The notes under the pieces were generated by a model. The model made no database searches, was not told the DNA's origin, and worked only from the letters and a program-made list of their open reading frames with translations. From NCBI GenBank assembly GCA_963829875.1, contig CAWHKR010000017.1, positions 6,057 through 70,056 of the forward strand: DNA of 64,000 bases, written 5' to 3'. The translations under genes and the position numbers were made by a program. Below, piece by piece: positions 41,109 through 50,437 of this stretch (position 1 is the first letter of the stretch; every line of letters begins with the position of its first letter). The DNA is from an uncultured Pseudomonadota bacterium. GTDB lineage: Bacteria > Pseudomonadota > Alphaproteobacteria > Acetobacterales > Acetobacteraceae.

Positions 41109-42623
41109 GTGTTCGCGGCGCGGATGGAGCGCGCGGTGGCCGCGGGGCAGGCCGGGCCGGTGCGGATCGCCGCCGAACTGCGCGCGACCGATGTGCATCC
41201 GCCGTTGTATTTCTGGGCACTCGCCGCCTGGCGGCGTCTGGCGGGGCCCGGCCTGTTCGCGGCGCGGTTGCTGTCGGTGCTCGCCGGGCTTGCGGCGCTG
41301 GCGTCGGTGGCCGGGATTGCGGGGGCCGCGGGCGTGCCCGCGGTGCCGGCGATGCTGGTCACCCTCGGGTGCTACGGATTCGCCTACACCAGCGCGATCG
41401 CCCGCGATTTCGCGCTGGCGCAGGCGCTGGCGCTGACCGGGGTCTGGCTCGCGCTGCGCCGGGCGGGCGGCGAACCGGGCTCGGCCGGGCTGCGTCGCGC
41501 CGGTTGGGCCGGCCTGCTGCTGGGGGCGGCGAGCTTCACCAATTATCTGGCGGCGTTCACCGGGGGCGCCGTAGTGATCGGCCTGGGCGCGACGGCGGCG
41601 CGCACCGGGGCGGCACGGGATCGGCGGCGGGCGGCGGCCTGCCTTGCCGGCATGGCCCTGTGGTTGCCGGCAGGCCTGTGGTTCTTCCTGGCGCAGCGCG
41701 ACAGTCGGGTGGGTCAGTTCCCGCCCTTCCGTCCGGGGCAAGGCCTCGCGCTGCTGGCGCGGGATATGGCGGGCGCGGTGTTCGGCGGCCTGCCGCTGTA
41801 TCTGGAGGGCCCCGCGCGGCTGGCACTGGGCGGCGTGCTGGCGGCCGGGCTGGTCGGGTTGGTCGGGCTGATCGTCCTGCGCTGGCGCCGGATCGGCCGG
41901 CCGGAGGCGCGGCCGGTTCTGGGGCTGGCCGCGCTCGCCCCCGCGGCCGGGCTGCTGGGGCTGGGGCTGGTCTTCGACACGACCCCGATCGAGCTGCGCT
42001 ACCTGGCCTTCGCCACGCCGTTCTTCGCCCTGCTGCTCACTGGCGCGCTGGCAGCGGGGCCGCGGCGGTCGGGTCGGCTGATCGGCGGGGCGGTGCTGAG
42101 CGTGCAGGCGCTGGCGCTGGCCGGTCTGCTGCTCCGGCCGGAGACGATGCAGCCGGCGCGCGCGGCGGCGGCGGCGGCGGCGCGGCTGGCCGGGCGCGAC
42201 GGCCTCGTGCTGCTGCCGCGCGGCAATGACGGGGTGGGGGTGGTCGGGCCGTTCCTGGCCGAAGCGCCCGGCTGGCTGCGTGTGCGGCTGGTCACGGCGG
42301 ATGCGTCCCTGGCCGGGGTGCGCGCGGCGGCGGCCGGGTATCCGCGCGTCGTGCTGGCGCTGATCGGTGCGGACCGGCAGAGCCGCGCGACCCTGCCGCG
42401 GTTATGCGCTGCCTTTTCCGTGCCCGGCTGGCACCGGGTCGGCCGCGGGTTCGATACGGTCGCGCTGGCAAGGGACGAACCGGCAGGACGTGCAGCGCAC
42501 GGCGCAAACCCGACCGCCTCTCCTCCCCGGGAACGGGGTCCAGGGGCGGCGCCCTTGGGTGGGGGGCCAGGGGGGCAAAGCGCCCCTGGCCTTACTTGCG
42601 CGGCATCAGCACCGTCGTCGTGA
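41109..42623 (+). CDS. Polytopic membrane glycosyltransferase-like protein (GT39/ArnT-like); the N-terminus probably extends to about 40973 through a +1 frameshift
   Basis: A multi-TM protein with VHPPLYFW. Upstream in the same frame lies DEAYSLFVVAG (the DEAxS motif of this family). It is preceded, one frame off, by a TM helix VRVVLVLLLGACVLTGAAVLRGAEY. Deleting one C at 41047-41048 joins them (40973-42623 = 1651 nt = 3n+1). Confidence 0.55.
   Translation: MFAARMERAVAAGQAGPVRIAAELRATDVHPPLYFWALAAWRRLAGPGLFAARLLSVLAGLAALASVAGIAGAAGVPAVPAMLVTLGCYGFAYTSAIARDFALAQALALTGVWLALRRAGGEPGSAGLRRAGWAGLLLGAASFTNYLAAFTGGAVVIGLGATAARTGAARDRRRAAACLAGMALWLPAGLWFFLAQRDSRVGQFPPFRPGQGLALLARDMAGAVFGGLPLYLEGPARLALGGVLAAGLVGLVGLIVLRWRRIGRPEARPVLGLAALAPAAGLLGLGLVFDTTPIELRYLAFATPFFALLLTGALAAGPRRSGRLIGGAVLSVQALALAGLLLRPETMQPARAAAAAAARLAGRDGLVLLPRGNDGVGVVGPFLAEAPGWLRVRLVTADASLAGVRAAAAGYPRVVLALIGADRQSRATLPRLCAAFSVPGWHRVGRGFDTVALARDEPAGRAAHGANPTASPPRERGPGAAPLGGGPGGQSAPGLTCAASAPSS
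42566..42593. terminator. GC-rich hairpin, copy 3 of the REP-like family, at convergent gene ends
   Basis: GGCCAGGGGGGC-AAA-GCGCCCCTGGCC sits at the overlapping 3' ends of the GT-like gene (+) and the MaoC gene (-). Confidence 0.45.
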
Positions 42624-43104
42624 ACTCCTGCACCGGCTCGTCGTTCTGGTTCAAGGTGGTGCAGCGATAGGTCACCACGCCCGAGTCAGGCCGCGAGCGC
42701 GAAGGCCGCGCCGCCAGCACCGCGATCTCCACCCGCAGCGAGTCGCCGGGCAATACCGGCCGCAGCCAGCGCAGCTGCTCGATCCCTGCGCCCATGCCGC
42801 CGCGGGCGATCGGCAGGGTTTCATAGATCAGCCGCATGGTGGTCGCGCCGGTCTGCCACCCGCTGGCGCAGAACCGGCCGAACTGGCTGTCCTTGGCGGT
42901 CTCCTCGCCGAGATGCGCCGGCTGGGGGTCGTAGCGGCGGGCGAAATCGATGATCGCCTCGCGATCGAGGGTGATCGCGCGCGCCGAGCGCAGCACCTGG
43001 CCCGCCGCCATGTCCTCGAACCAGAAGCTGCCCTGCTGGGTCACCGGAGATCCTGTCTTGCCGTGGGGGGGCGTCAGTTCTAGCCGATAATCCGCCGTTC
43101 GCAT
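42592..43104 (-). CDS. MaoC-family (R-specific enoyl-CoA) dehydratase
   Basis: Hot-dog fold pattern FEDMAAGQVL...IIDFARRYDPQPAHLGEETA...FGRFCASGW. The start is uncertain: ATG 43104, ATG 43122 or GTG 43044. Confidence 0.7.
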   Translation of the reverse strand: MRTADYRLELTPPHGKTGSPVTQQGSFWFEDMAAGQVLRSARAITLDREAIIDFARRYDPQPAHLGEETAKDSQFGRFCASGWQTGATTMRLIYETLPIARGGMGAGIEQLRWLRPVLPGDSLRVEIAVLAARPSRSRPDSGVVTYRCTTLNQNDEPVQEFTTTVLMPRK

Positions 43105-43120
43105 CCAGGGGAACTCGTGC

Positions 43121-44635
43121 ATGCCGATCGATCCGGCCGCCGTGGTGGCGGGCCTTGCCGTGCTGGCCGCGCTCGGTTCCCTGATCGCCGTGCTGCGCCA
43201 GGGCGCGGCGCTGGAGCGGGTGCGGCTGCTCGCCGAGCAGGCCGCCGCCGGCACCAGGGCGGAGGCGGAGACGACACGGCGCGGTGTGACCGCCCTCGGC
43301 AGCGACCTCAGCGAGCGGCTGGCCGGCCTGCGCGGGGCGATGGAGACCGGGCTGGAGCAGGGCCGCACCGTGTTGTCGCGCGAGCAGGGGGAGCTGCGGC
43401 TGGCCCTGGCCGCGGCCCAGACCAAGGGGGTGGAGGCGCAGGCGGCGCAGTTCGAGACCGTCCGCGGTGCCCTGGACGCACGGCTGCGCGAGCTGCGCGA
43501 GGGCAACGAGACCAGGCTGGAAGCGATCCAGCGCACCCTCAATGAGCGGTTGCGCCTGGCGCAGGAGACCCAGACCCGCGAGCAGGGGGAGCTGCGCCTC
43601 GCGCTCGCCGAGGCGCAGCGCAAGGGCACCGAGGCAGCCGCCACCCAGTTCGAGGTGACGCGCAAGGTGCTGGACGACAAGCTGCGTGAGCTGCGCGAGG
43701 GCAACGAGGCCAAGCTCGCCGAGATCCAGAAGACGGTGAACGAGCAGCTCCACGCCGCGGTGGAGAAGCAGATGACCGAGAGCTTCAAGCGGGTGGTCGA
43801 TCAGGTCGCCACCTTGCAGAAGCTGATGGGCGACGTCACAGCCGTGACCACCCAGATCGGCGACATCAAGCGCCTGTTTTCCAACGTGAAGACCCGCGGC
43901 GGCTGGGGCGAGACCCAGGTGCGGGCGATGCTGGACGACATCCTGCCCGAAGGCGCCTACGAGACGAACAGCAAGGTGAAGGCGGATTCGGCCGAATCGG
44001 TGGAGTTCGCGGTGCGGATGCCGGGCCGCGGCGAGGACCGGCCGCTGCTGCCGATCGATGCCAAGTTCCCGGTGGAAGATTACGAACGCCTGCTGGCCGC
44101 CGCGGAAGCCGGCGACGCCGAGGGCGAACGCGTCGCCTCACGCAAGCTGGAAGCCGCGGTGCGGATCCAGGCCAAGAAGATCGGCGACAAATACATCAAC
44201 CCGCCAATCACCGTGGAATTCGCGGTGATGTACCTGCCGACCGACGCGTTGTTCGCGGAAGTGGCGCGCCTGCCCGGCCTGATCGACCAGATCGGGCGGG
44301 AGAACCGGGTGCTGATCCTGGGCCCGAGCCTGTTCCCCGCGCTGCTGCGCACCATCCACCTGGGCTTCATCACCCTGGCGCTGGAAAACAAGGCCGACCA
44401 GGTGCGCGGCCTGCTGGGCGCGACCCTGACCGAGATGCGCAAGATGGACGGGGTGCTGGAGACCCTGGCCAAGAACGCCGGCACCATGACCCGGACGATC
44501 GAGAAGGCGCGGCAACGCACCCGCGCGGTAGACCGCAAGCTGCGTGGGGTGGAGGCGGTGGACGGCGCCGCGTCCGCGCAGCTGCTGGAACTGGACGTGG
44601 AGGTGGAGGTGGACACGGTGGCCGAGGAGGAGTGA
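43121..44635 (+). CDS. rmuC: DNA recombination protein RmuC
   Basis: N-terminal TM segment, a long coiled coil, and a C-terminal RmuC domain (RGGWGETQVRAMLDDILP, FAVMYLPTDALFAE, ILGPSLFPALLRTIHLG). Confidence 0.85.
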   Translation: MPIDPAAVVAGLAVLAALGSLIAVLRQGAALERVRLLAEQAAAGTRAEAETTRRGVTALGSDLSERLAGLRGAMETGLEQGRTVLSREQGELRLALAAAQTKGVEAQAAQFETVRGALDARLRELREGNETRLEAIQRTLNERLRLAQETQTREQGELRLALAEAQRKGTEAAATQFEVTRKVLDDKLRELREGNEAKLAEIQKTVNEQLHAAVEKQMTESFKRVVDQVATLQKLMGDVTAVTTQIGDIKRLFSNVKTRGGWGETQVRAMLDDILPEGAYETNSKVKADSAESVEFAVRMPGRGEDRPLLPIDAKFPVEDYERLLAAAEAGDAEGERVASRKLEAAVRIQAKKIGDKYINPPITVEFAVMYLPTDALFAEVARLPGLIDQIGRENRVLILGPSLFPALLRTIHLGFITLALENKADQVRGLLGATLTEMRKMDGVLETLAKNAGTMTRTIEKARQRTRAVDRKLRGVEAVDGAASAQLLELDVEVEVDTVAEEE

Positions 44636-44694
44636 TGCCGAGGCCCGTTCCCCCCATCATCGCGGCAGCCCCGGAAAGCGCAGGGTCGGCCCAG

Positions 44695-44748
44695 TGCGTC
44701 CGCCGATCCGTGGGCGTCTGCCGATCCGTGTGCGTCCGCCGATCCGTG
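44695..44748. repeat. Three tandem 18-bp repeats in the leader of the second LIV-type operon
   Basis: TGCGTCCGCCGATCCGTG / GGCGTCTGCCGATCCGTG / TGCGTCCGCCGATCCGTG, located about 120 nt upstream of the GTG start at 44870. Confidence 0.7.
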
Positions 44749-44869
44749 CGGGGGCTGGTTGCGCTGGCAGCCTGTTGGCCGGGGTGGTAAAGCTCAGGTA
44801 AGGCCGGGCAACGACGAAGCCTGCTCCCGCAACCGGGCGCACGATGGCCGCAGAGGGAGGAGCACTGGC

Positions 44870-45760
44870 GTGGACCTGTCGGTCAGTCTGCTCGGCGATG
44901 CGATCGTGTCCGGGCTGCTGCTCGGGGGCTTCTACGCCGGCGTGACGATCGGCGTGTCGATCTCCTTCGGCATGCTCGACATCGTCAACATCGCCCAGCC
45001 GGCGTTCATCATCCTTGGGTCCTATTGCGCCTATTTCGCCAATTCGGAGTTCGGGATCGATCCGATCGTGGCGAGCGTGGTGCTGGCGCCCGCGTTCTAC
45101 CTGCTCGGCGCCGGGATCTATCAGGTCTACCACCTGTCGTTCGAGCGGCGCGGCGATAGCAGTCGCGGCAACAGCAGTCTGGGGGGCCTCGCCTTCTTCT
45201 TCGGCCTGCTGTTCATCACCGAGGTGGCGCTGGTGCTGGTGTTCGGGGTCGATTACCGGCTGGTCCGCGCCGCCTATATCGGGCCCAGCCTGCATTTCGG
45301 ACCGCTCGAACTGCCGCTGCGGTTGTTCGTGCCGTGCATGGTTTCGCTGGCGATGATCGGCGGGTTGTATCTGTTCCTGTCCCGCAGCTTCATCGGGCGG
45401 GCGATCCTGGCGGTGGCGCAGGACCAGGAGGCGCTGCGGCTGATGGGGGCGAACCCGGTGGCGATCAAACGCATCGCCTTCGCGCTGTCGATCGCCGCCG
45501 CCTCGATCGGCGGCGCGGTGCTGATCGTGATCCAGCCGGTGGAACCCTCGCTCGGGCGCGAATACATCGGCCGGGTGTTCGCGATCGCCGTGCTCGGCGG
45601 GCTCGGCAGTTTCGCCGGCACGGTGGTGGCGGCGCTGCTGCTCGGCATCATGGAAAGCCTGACCGCCACGTTCTACGGCCCGTCCTGGTCGCCGGCGGTC
45701 GCGTTCGGCTTCCTGCTGCTGGCGCTGGCGGTGAAGCCCTCCGGCATGTTCGGGCGCTGA
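44870..45760 (+). CDS. Branched-chain amino acid ABC transporter permease (LivH-like), second set
   Basis: The GTG start is preceded by GGGAGGAG. LivH-type motifs are GFYAGVTIGVSISFGMLDIVNIAQPAFIILGSY and AILAVAQDQEALRLMG. Confidence 0.8.
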   Translation: MDLSVSLLGDAIVSGLLLGGFYAGVTIGVSISFGMLDIVNIAQPAFIILGSYCAYFANSEFGIDPIVASVVLAPAFYLLGAGIYQVYHLSFERRGDSSRGNSSLGGLAFFFGLLFITEVALVLVFGVDYRLVRAAYIGPSLHFGPLELPLRLFVPCMVSLAMIGGLYLFLSRSFIGRAILAVAQDQEALRLMGANPVAIKRIAFALSIAAASIGGAVLIVIQPVEPSLGREYIGRVFAIAVLGGLGSFAGTVVAALLLGIMESLTATFYGPSWSPAVAFGFLLLALAVKPSGMFGR

Positions 45761-45763
45761 GCG

Positions 45764-46738
45764 ATGCGCGGGGGCCCGTTCCTGCTGGCCGCCGTCGCCG
45801 TTGCCGCGGCGGTGTTCCTCGCCGCACGCTGGACCGACAACGGCTACGTGTTCTTCGCCGGCTACGTGGTGCTGCAATACGTGGTGATGTCGACCGCATG
45901 GAACATCCTGGGCGGCTACACCGGCTACGTGAATTTCGGCACCGCCGGGTTCTTCGCGCTTGGCGCCTACGGCACGGTCGCGCTGGAGAAGCTGGCGCCG
46001 CTGCCGCTGCCGGTGACGATGCTGGCCGGCGGGGTCGTCTCCGGCGCGCTCGGCCTCGGCATGGGCTATCTGACCTTGCGCCTGCGCGGGGCGTTCTTTT
46101 CCATCGCCACCCTGGCGATGGCGGTGGTGGCGCAGACCTTCGTGGTGAACTGGTCCTTCGTCGGCGGCTCGGCCGGGGCGTTCAGCATCCGCCCGGTGAC
46201 GACCGAATATTTCGGCATCGACTATATCCGCTACCTGTTCCTGCTGATGCTCGGCCTCGCGGTCGTTTCCGTGGTCGTGGCGCGGCTGATCGAGCGCTCC
46301 CGCCTCGGCGACGGGTTCGCCGCGATCCGCGACGACGAGCTGGCGGCGGAGGCCTCCGGCGTGCCCACGTTGCGGCTCAAGCTGTTCGCCACCACCCTGT
46401 CCGGCGCGCTGCTCGGCATGGCCGGGGCGCCGCTTCCCTATTACGTCACCTATCTTGATCCGCCTTCGGCGTTCAGCCTGGCCTATGCGGTGAACACGAT
46501 CGCCATGCCGCTGATCGGCGGCACCGCGAGCTGGCCGGGGCCGGTGATCGGCGCGGTGCTGATCGCCACCCTGCAACAGCTTGTTACCGTCACGATCTCC
46601 TCGGCGCTCAATCTGCTGATCGTCGGGCTGGTCCTGGTCGGCTTCGTGATCGCGGCGCCGCGGGGAATCATCGGCTGGTTTCGGCTCGACCGGCGGGCGC
46701 GCCTGCGCCCGCGCAGGCTGGCGGCGGGACGGCGATGA
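45764..46738 (+). CDS. Branched-chain amino acid ABC transporter permease (LivM-like), second set
   Basis: 324-aa membrane protein with STAWNILGGYTGYVNFGTAGFFALGAY and AIRDDELAAEASGV. Confidence 0.8.
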   Translation: MRGGPFLLAAVAVAAAVFLAARWTDNGYVFFAGYVVLQYVVMSTAWNILGGYTGYVNFGTAGFFALGAYGTVALEKLAPLPLPVTMLAGGVVSGALGLGMGYLTLRLRGAFFSIATLAMAVVAQTFVVNWSFVGGSAGAFSIRPVTTEYFGIDYIRYLFLLMLGLAVVSVVVARLIERSRLGDGFAAIRDDELAAEASGVPTLRLKLFATTLSGALLGMAGAPLPYYVTYLDPPSAFSLAYAVNTIAMPLIGGTASWPGPVIGAVLIATLQQLVTVTISSALNLLIVGLVLVGFVIAAPRGIIGWFRLDRRARLRPRRLAAGRR

Positions 46739-47463
46739 CCCCGGTGTTGCTGGACGTGAGCGGGCTGGCCAAGCGCTTCGGCGGCTTCATCGCGCTCGAC
46801 GGGATCGACCTCGCGGTCGCGGCGGGCGAGCGGGTCGGGCTGATCGGCCCGAACGGGTCGGGCAAGAGCACCCTGGTCAACTGCCTCTCCGGCACGTTGC
46901 GCCACGAGGCCGGGCGGGTGCGGTTCGACGGGCGGGTGCTGAACGGCCTGGCGGCGCACCAGCGCACCCGGCTGGGTCTCGCCCGCAGCTTCCAGCTGCC
47001 GCGCCCGTTCCTCAGCCTGACGGTGGGGGAGAACCTGCGGATCCCGATCGAATACGTGGTCCATGCCCGCGGCCAGGGCCGCATCGACGTCGATGCCCGC
47101 TGCGCCGCGCTGCTGGAGATGGTCGGTCTCGCCGGCCGCGCCGACGAGCTCCCGGCCGGCCTGACCCAGGTGGAGATGCGCAAGATGGAACTGGCCCGCG
47201 CCATGGCCGCGGAGCCCAAGCTGCTGATCGCCGACGAGGCGATGGCCGGGCTGTCGCACCAGGAGGTGGACGACATCCTGGCCCTGTTGCTGCACCTGAA
47301 CGACCAGGGCGTGACCATCATCATGATCGAGCACATCATGCGCGCGGTGATGCAGTTCAGCCAGCGCCTGGTGGTGCTGGTGGCCGGGCGCAAGATCGCC
47401 GACGGCGCGCCGGCCGAGGTGATCCGCACCCCCGAGGTGGAGCGCGCCTACCTTGGCGAGTAG
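46735..47463 (+). CDS. ABC transporter ATP-binding protein (LivG-like), second set
   Basis: Walker A GPNGSGKST, Walker B LLIADEAMAGL, H-loop IEHIM. There is an ATGA overlap with the upstream permease gene. Confidence 0.85.
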   Translation: MTPVLLDVSGLAKRFGGFIALDGIDLAVAAGERVGLIGPNGSGKSTLVNCLSGTLRHEAGRVRFDGRVLNGLAAHQRTRLGLARSFQLPRPFLSLTVGENLRIPIEYVVHARGQGRIDVDARCAALLEMVGLAGRADELPAGLTQVEMRKMELARAMAAEPKLLIADEAMAGLSHQEVDDILALLLHLNDQGVTIIMIEHIMRAVMQFSQRLVVLVAGRKIADGAPAEVIRTPEVERAYLGE

Positions 47464-48184
47464 TCTCACCATCGCGAACCTGAGCGCCGGCTACGGCGCC
47501 GTGCGGGTGCTGGAGGACGTGTCGGTGACCGTCGGCGCGGGCGAGACCGTCGCCCTGCTGGGCACCAACGGCAACGGCAAGAGCACCCTGATGAAATGCG
47601 TGATGGGCCTCGTCGCCCCCGCCGCCGGACGCATCTTCGCCGAGATCGACGGCGTGCACCACGAACTGACCGGGCTGCCGACCGAGGCGATCGTCGATCT
47701 CGGCATCGCTTTCGTCCCCGAGGGGCGGCGGCTGTTTCCCCGGCTGACCGTCACCGAGAACCTGATGCTGGGCGCCTTCCGTCACGCCGCGCGGGCGGGC
47801 ATCGCGCGCAATCTCGATTTCTGCTTCGAGACGTTCCCGCGCCTCAAGGAGCGGCGCGGGCAGCTGGCCGGATCGATGAGCGGGGGCGAGCAGCAGATGC
47901 TGGCGCTCGGCCGGGCGCTGATGTCCACCCCGCGCATCCTGCTGATCGACGAGCCTTCGGTCGGGCTCGCCCCGGTGCTGGTGCGGCGGACGATCGACAA
48001 GATCAAGGAGCTGAAGGACGGCTACCAGCTGACCGTTCTGATGGCCGAGCAGAACTTCACCCAGGCGATCCGCATCGCCGACCGCGGCTACGTGATCGTG
48101 CACGGACGGATCGCGTTCGCGGGCGGCTCGGCCGAGGAGCTCAACAACAACGAGCTGATCCGGAAGTTCTACCTGGGCTTGTGA
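47453..48184 (+). CDS. ABC transporter ATP-binding protein (LivF-like), second set
   Basis: Walker A GTNGNGKST, signature MSGGEQQMLALGRAL, Walker B LLIDEPS. A TTG start at 47453 is inferred. Confidence 0.8.
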   Translation: MASSLTIANLSAGYGAVRVLEDVSVTVGAGETVALLGTNGNGKSTLMKCVMGLVAPAAGRIFAEIDGVHHELTGLPTEAIVDLGIAFVPEGRRLFPRLTVTENLMLGAFRHAARAGIARNLDFCFETFPRLKERRGQLAGSMSGGEQQMLALGRALMSTPRILLIDEPSVGLAPVLVRRTIDKIKELKDGYQLTVLMAEQNFTQAIRIADRGYVIVHGRIAFAGGSAEELNNNELIRKFYLGL

Positions 48185-49683
48185 CCGGCGCTGGCGAGCG
48201 CCGCGCGGGCCTGGGCGAGCGCCGTGCCCGCCTCGGTGGCGTCGATCCGGTGCCAGCGGCGCGGCGGGCGCCGGCCGCGGGCGCTGGCCCGCAGCACCGC
48301 GATCGTCGCGTCCGACGCGTCGCCCCGGCGCGCGGCGAGCCGGGCTTCCAGCGCCGGCAGCGGCGCTTCCAGCCACAGCCCGACGAACGGCGCCGTCCCC
48401 GCCGCCCGCGCCAGCGCGCGGCGGTGCTTCGGGTCGAGGAAGGTCGCATCCGCGATCACCGCCTGCCCGCACGCGGCCGCCTGCCGCGCGGCGCCGGCCA
48501 GGACGCGAAACACGCGCCGGCTCACGGCCTCGGCATAGGCCGCCTCCGGCAGCGCCACCTCCGGCGCCACGCCGTGCAGGCGCTTGCGGATCTCGTCGCT
48601 GCGCAGCACGAGCGCGCCCGGCGCGCGGCCGAGCCCGGGCGCCAGCGCGCGCGCCAGGGTCGATTTGCCGGTGCCCTGCAGGCCGCCGACGGCCACCACC
48701 ACGGCCGGCTCCGGCCGCAGATAGCCCAGCGCGGCCTGCAGATACCCCGCCGCCGCCGGCCTGGCCCCGCGCGCCTCGACATGCGCGCGCACCATCGCCC
48801 GCTGCGACAGGAACGCGGGCAGTCCGGCGACCAGCCCCGCGTCGCCGGTGCGCGCCACGTAGCGGTTCATCACCCGGTTGGCCGCCGCCCGCCCGGCGCG
48901 CCGGTCGAGATCCATCAGCAGGAACGCCAGATCGTAGCCGAGATCGACGGTCGCCATCGCCTCGTCGAACTCCAGCGCGTCGAACGGCACCGGGCGTCCC
49001 TGCCACAGGCAGAGATTGCCGAGATGCAGATCGCCATGCGCCCGGCGCACGAACCCCGCCCGCGCCCGCGCGGCGAGCCAGGGACCGAGGCCGGTGAGCG
49101 TCGCCGCCATCGCCTGCTCCCATCCGTCCACGGCGCGCGCGTCCAGCCCGGCGGCGCGGGCGGCAATCGCGTTGCCGTCGGTGACCGCGCGCATGCGCGC
49201 CAGCGGGTCGGTGACCGACGCGGGCGGGCAGGCGGCGTGATAGGCGGCGACCGCATCGGCCGTTGCGTCCAGCAGCGCGGGCGAGAGCCGCCCCGCGGCG
49301 GCGATCTCGTCCAGGAAATCCCCGGGCGGCACGCGGGCCATGCGCAGCACCCAGTCGAGCACCGGCCGCCCGTCGCCGTGACCGAACGCGAGCCGCCCGT
49401 CCGGCGCGCGCACCACCGCCACGACGTCGCGATAGAGGCCCGGCGCGGCGGCGGCGTTCAGCGCCAGTTCGCGTTCGGCGAAGTGCCGCCGCGCCGCCGG
49501 TTCGGTGAAGTCGAGGAACGGCAGCCGCACCGCCTTCTTCAGCTTCCACGCGGTGTCGGGGCCGAGGAACACGAGCGAGATCGGCGTCTCCACCGGCGCC
49601 GCCCCGGCCATCTGCCGCAGCCAGGAAGCGACCTCGGCCTGGGCGGGCGGGATGGGGGTCGGTGCCGGCCGGGTCCGTGTCAT
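48169..49683 (-). CDS. Bifunctional APH-like kinase / P-loop ATP-binding protein
   Basis: The N-terminal half has the kinase catalytic signature HGDLHLGNLCL...FDALEFD. The C-terminal half has the P-loop GGLQGTGKSTLA and resembles an AAA/zeta-toxin-like kinase fold. Confidence 0.75.
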   Translation of the reverse strand: MTRTRPAPTPIPPAQAEVASWLRQMAGAAPVETPISLVFLGPDTAWKLKKAVRLPFLDFTEPAARRHFAERELALNAAAAPGLYRDVVAVVRAPDGRLAFGHGDGRPVLDWVLRMARVPPGDFLDEIAAAGRLSPALLDATADAVAAYHAACPPASVTDPLARMRAVTDGNAIAARAAGLDARAVDGWEQAMAATLTGLGPWLAARARAGFVRRAHGDLHLGNLCLWQGRPVPFDALEFDEAMATVDLGYDLAFLLMDLDRRAGRAAANRVMNRYVARTGDAGLVAGLPAFLSQRAMVRAHVEARGARPAAAGYLQAALGYLRPEPAVVVAVGGLQGTGKSTLARALAPGLGRAPGALVLRSDEIRKRLHGVAPEVALPEAAYAEAVSRRVFRVLAGAARQAAACGQAVIADATFLDPKHRRALARAAGTAPFVGLWLEAPLPALEARLAARRGDASDATIAVLRASARGRRPPRRWHRIDATEAGTALAQARAALASAGHKPR

Positions 49684-49732
49684 GGCGCCGCGCCCGGCCC
49701 GGGATCAGGGGCCATGGGTCAGGGGCCCGGGG

Positions 49733-50341
49733 TCAGGGAAACAGCTTGCCGACGCTCCAGCCGTCGTCGCGGCGGGTGTAGACGCTGCGGTCGTGCAGCC
49801 GGTACGGCATGTCCTGCCAGAACTCGAAGCGCGCGGGGATCAGCCGGTAGCCGCCCCAGTGCGGCGGGCGGGGGATGGTCTCGTCCGGGAAGCGCACCTC
49901 CTGCTCGGCCAGGCGCCGTTCCAGCACGCTCCGTTCCGCCAGCGGGCGGGACTGGTCCGACGCCCAGGCGCCGAGTCGGGAAACCCGCGGGCGGGTGGCG
50001 AAATAGGCGTCCGATTCGGCGTCGGACGCGTCGATCACCGTGCCCTCGATGCGGATCTGCCGGCGCAGCGCCTTCCAGTGGAACAGCAGCGCGGCGCGCG
50101 GGTTGGCGGCGAGATCCTCCGCCTTGCGGCTTTCCTTGTTGGTGTAGAAGACGAACCCCCGCGGCGCCGTGCCCGGCGGATCGACCTCTTTCAGCAGCAG
50201 GATGCGCGCGCTCGGCGCGCCGTCCCTGGTGGCGGTGGCGACGGTCATGGCGTTCGGGTCGTTCGGCTCGGTGGTCTCCGCCTCTTCCATCCAGGTCGCG
50301 AACAGGTCGAAGGGATCGGGTGCGGCGGTGCGGTCGGCCAT
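49733..50341 (-). CDS. pdxH: Pyridoxamine 5'-phosphate oxidase
   Basis: 202 aa with PNAMTVATATRDGAPSARILLLK, FVFYTNKESRKA, RIEG, YFATRPRVSRLGAWAS, and the WGGYRL...FEFWQ C-terminus. Confidence 0.85.
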   Translation of the reverse strand: MADRTAAPDPFDLFATWMEEAETTEPNDPNAMTVATATRDGAPSARILLLKEVDPPGTAPRGFVFYTNKESRKAEDLAANPRAALLFHWKALRRQIRIEGTVIDASDAESDAYFATRPRVSRLGAWASDQSRPLAERSVLERRLAEQEVRFPDETIPRPPHWGGYRLIPARFEFWQDMPYRLHDRSVYTRRDDGWSVGKLFP

Positions 50342-50437
50342 GGCGGTCTCTCCCGTGCGCGGCGCTGCCTCTTGCCCCGCTGCGCGGGGCTGTGCCACCA
50401 GGAGCACGGACAAGACAACCCCCCTGAAGGAACCGCA

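Noticed and set aside
39366-41741. 791-aa ORF as a long form of the FAD-linked oxidase.
   Set aside because: Homology starts at MQDPIPALL (ATG 40787). The preceding 318 aa are Arg/Pro/Gly-rich and overlap the divergent GT-like gene region in antisense.
49684-49732. Three TCAGGGG repeats between pdxH and the kinase-like gene, and the duplicated GGCGGACCCAGGGGC at 40895-40927.
   Set aside because: These are very short, low-complexity GC-rich direct repeats in intergenic DNA, with no symmetry or recurrence elsewhere in the window that would suggest function.
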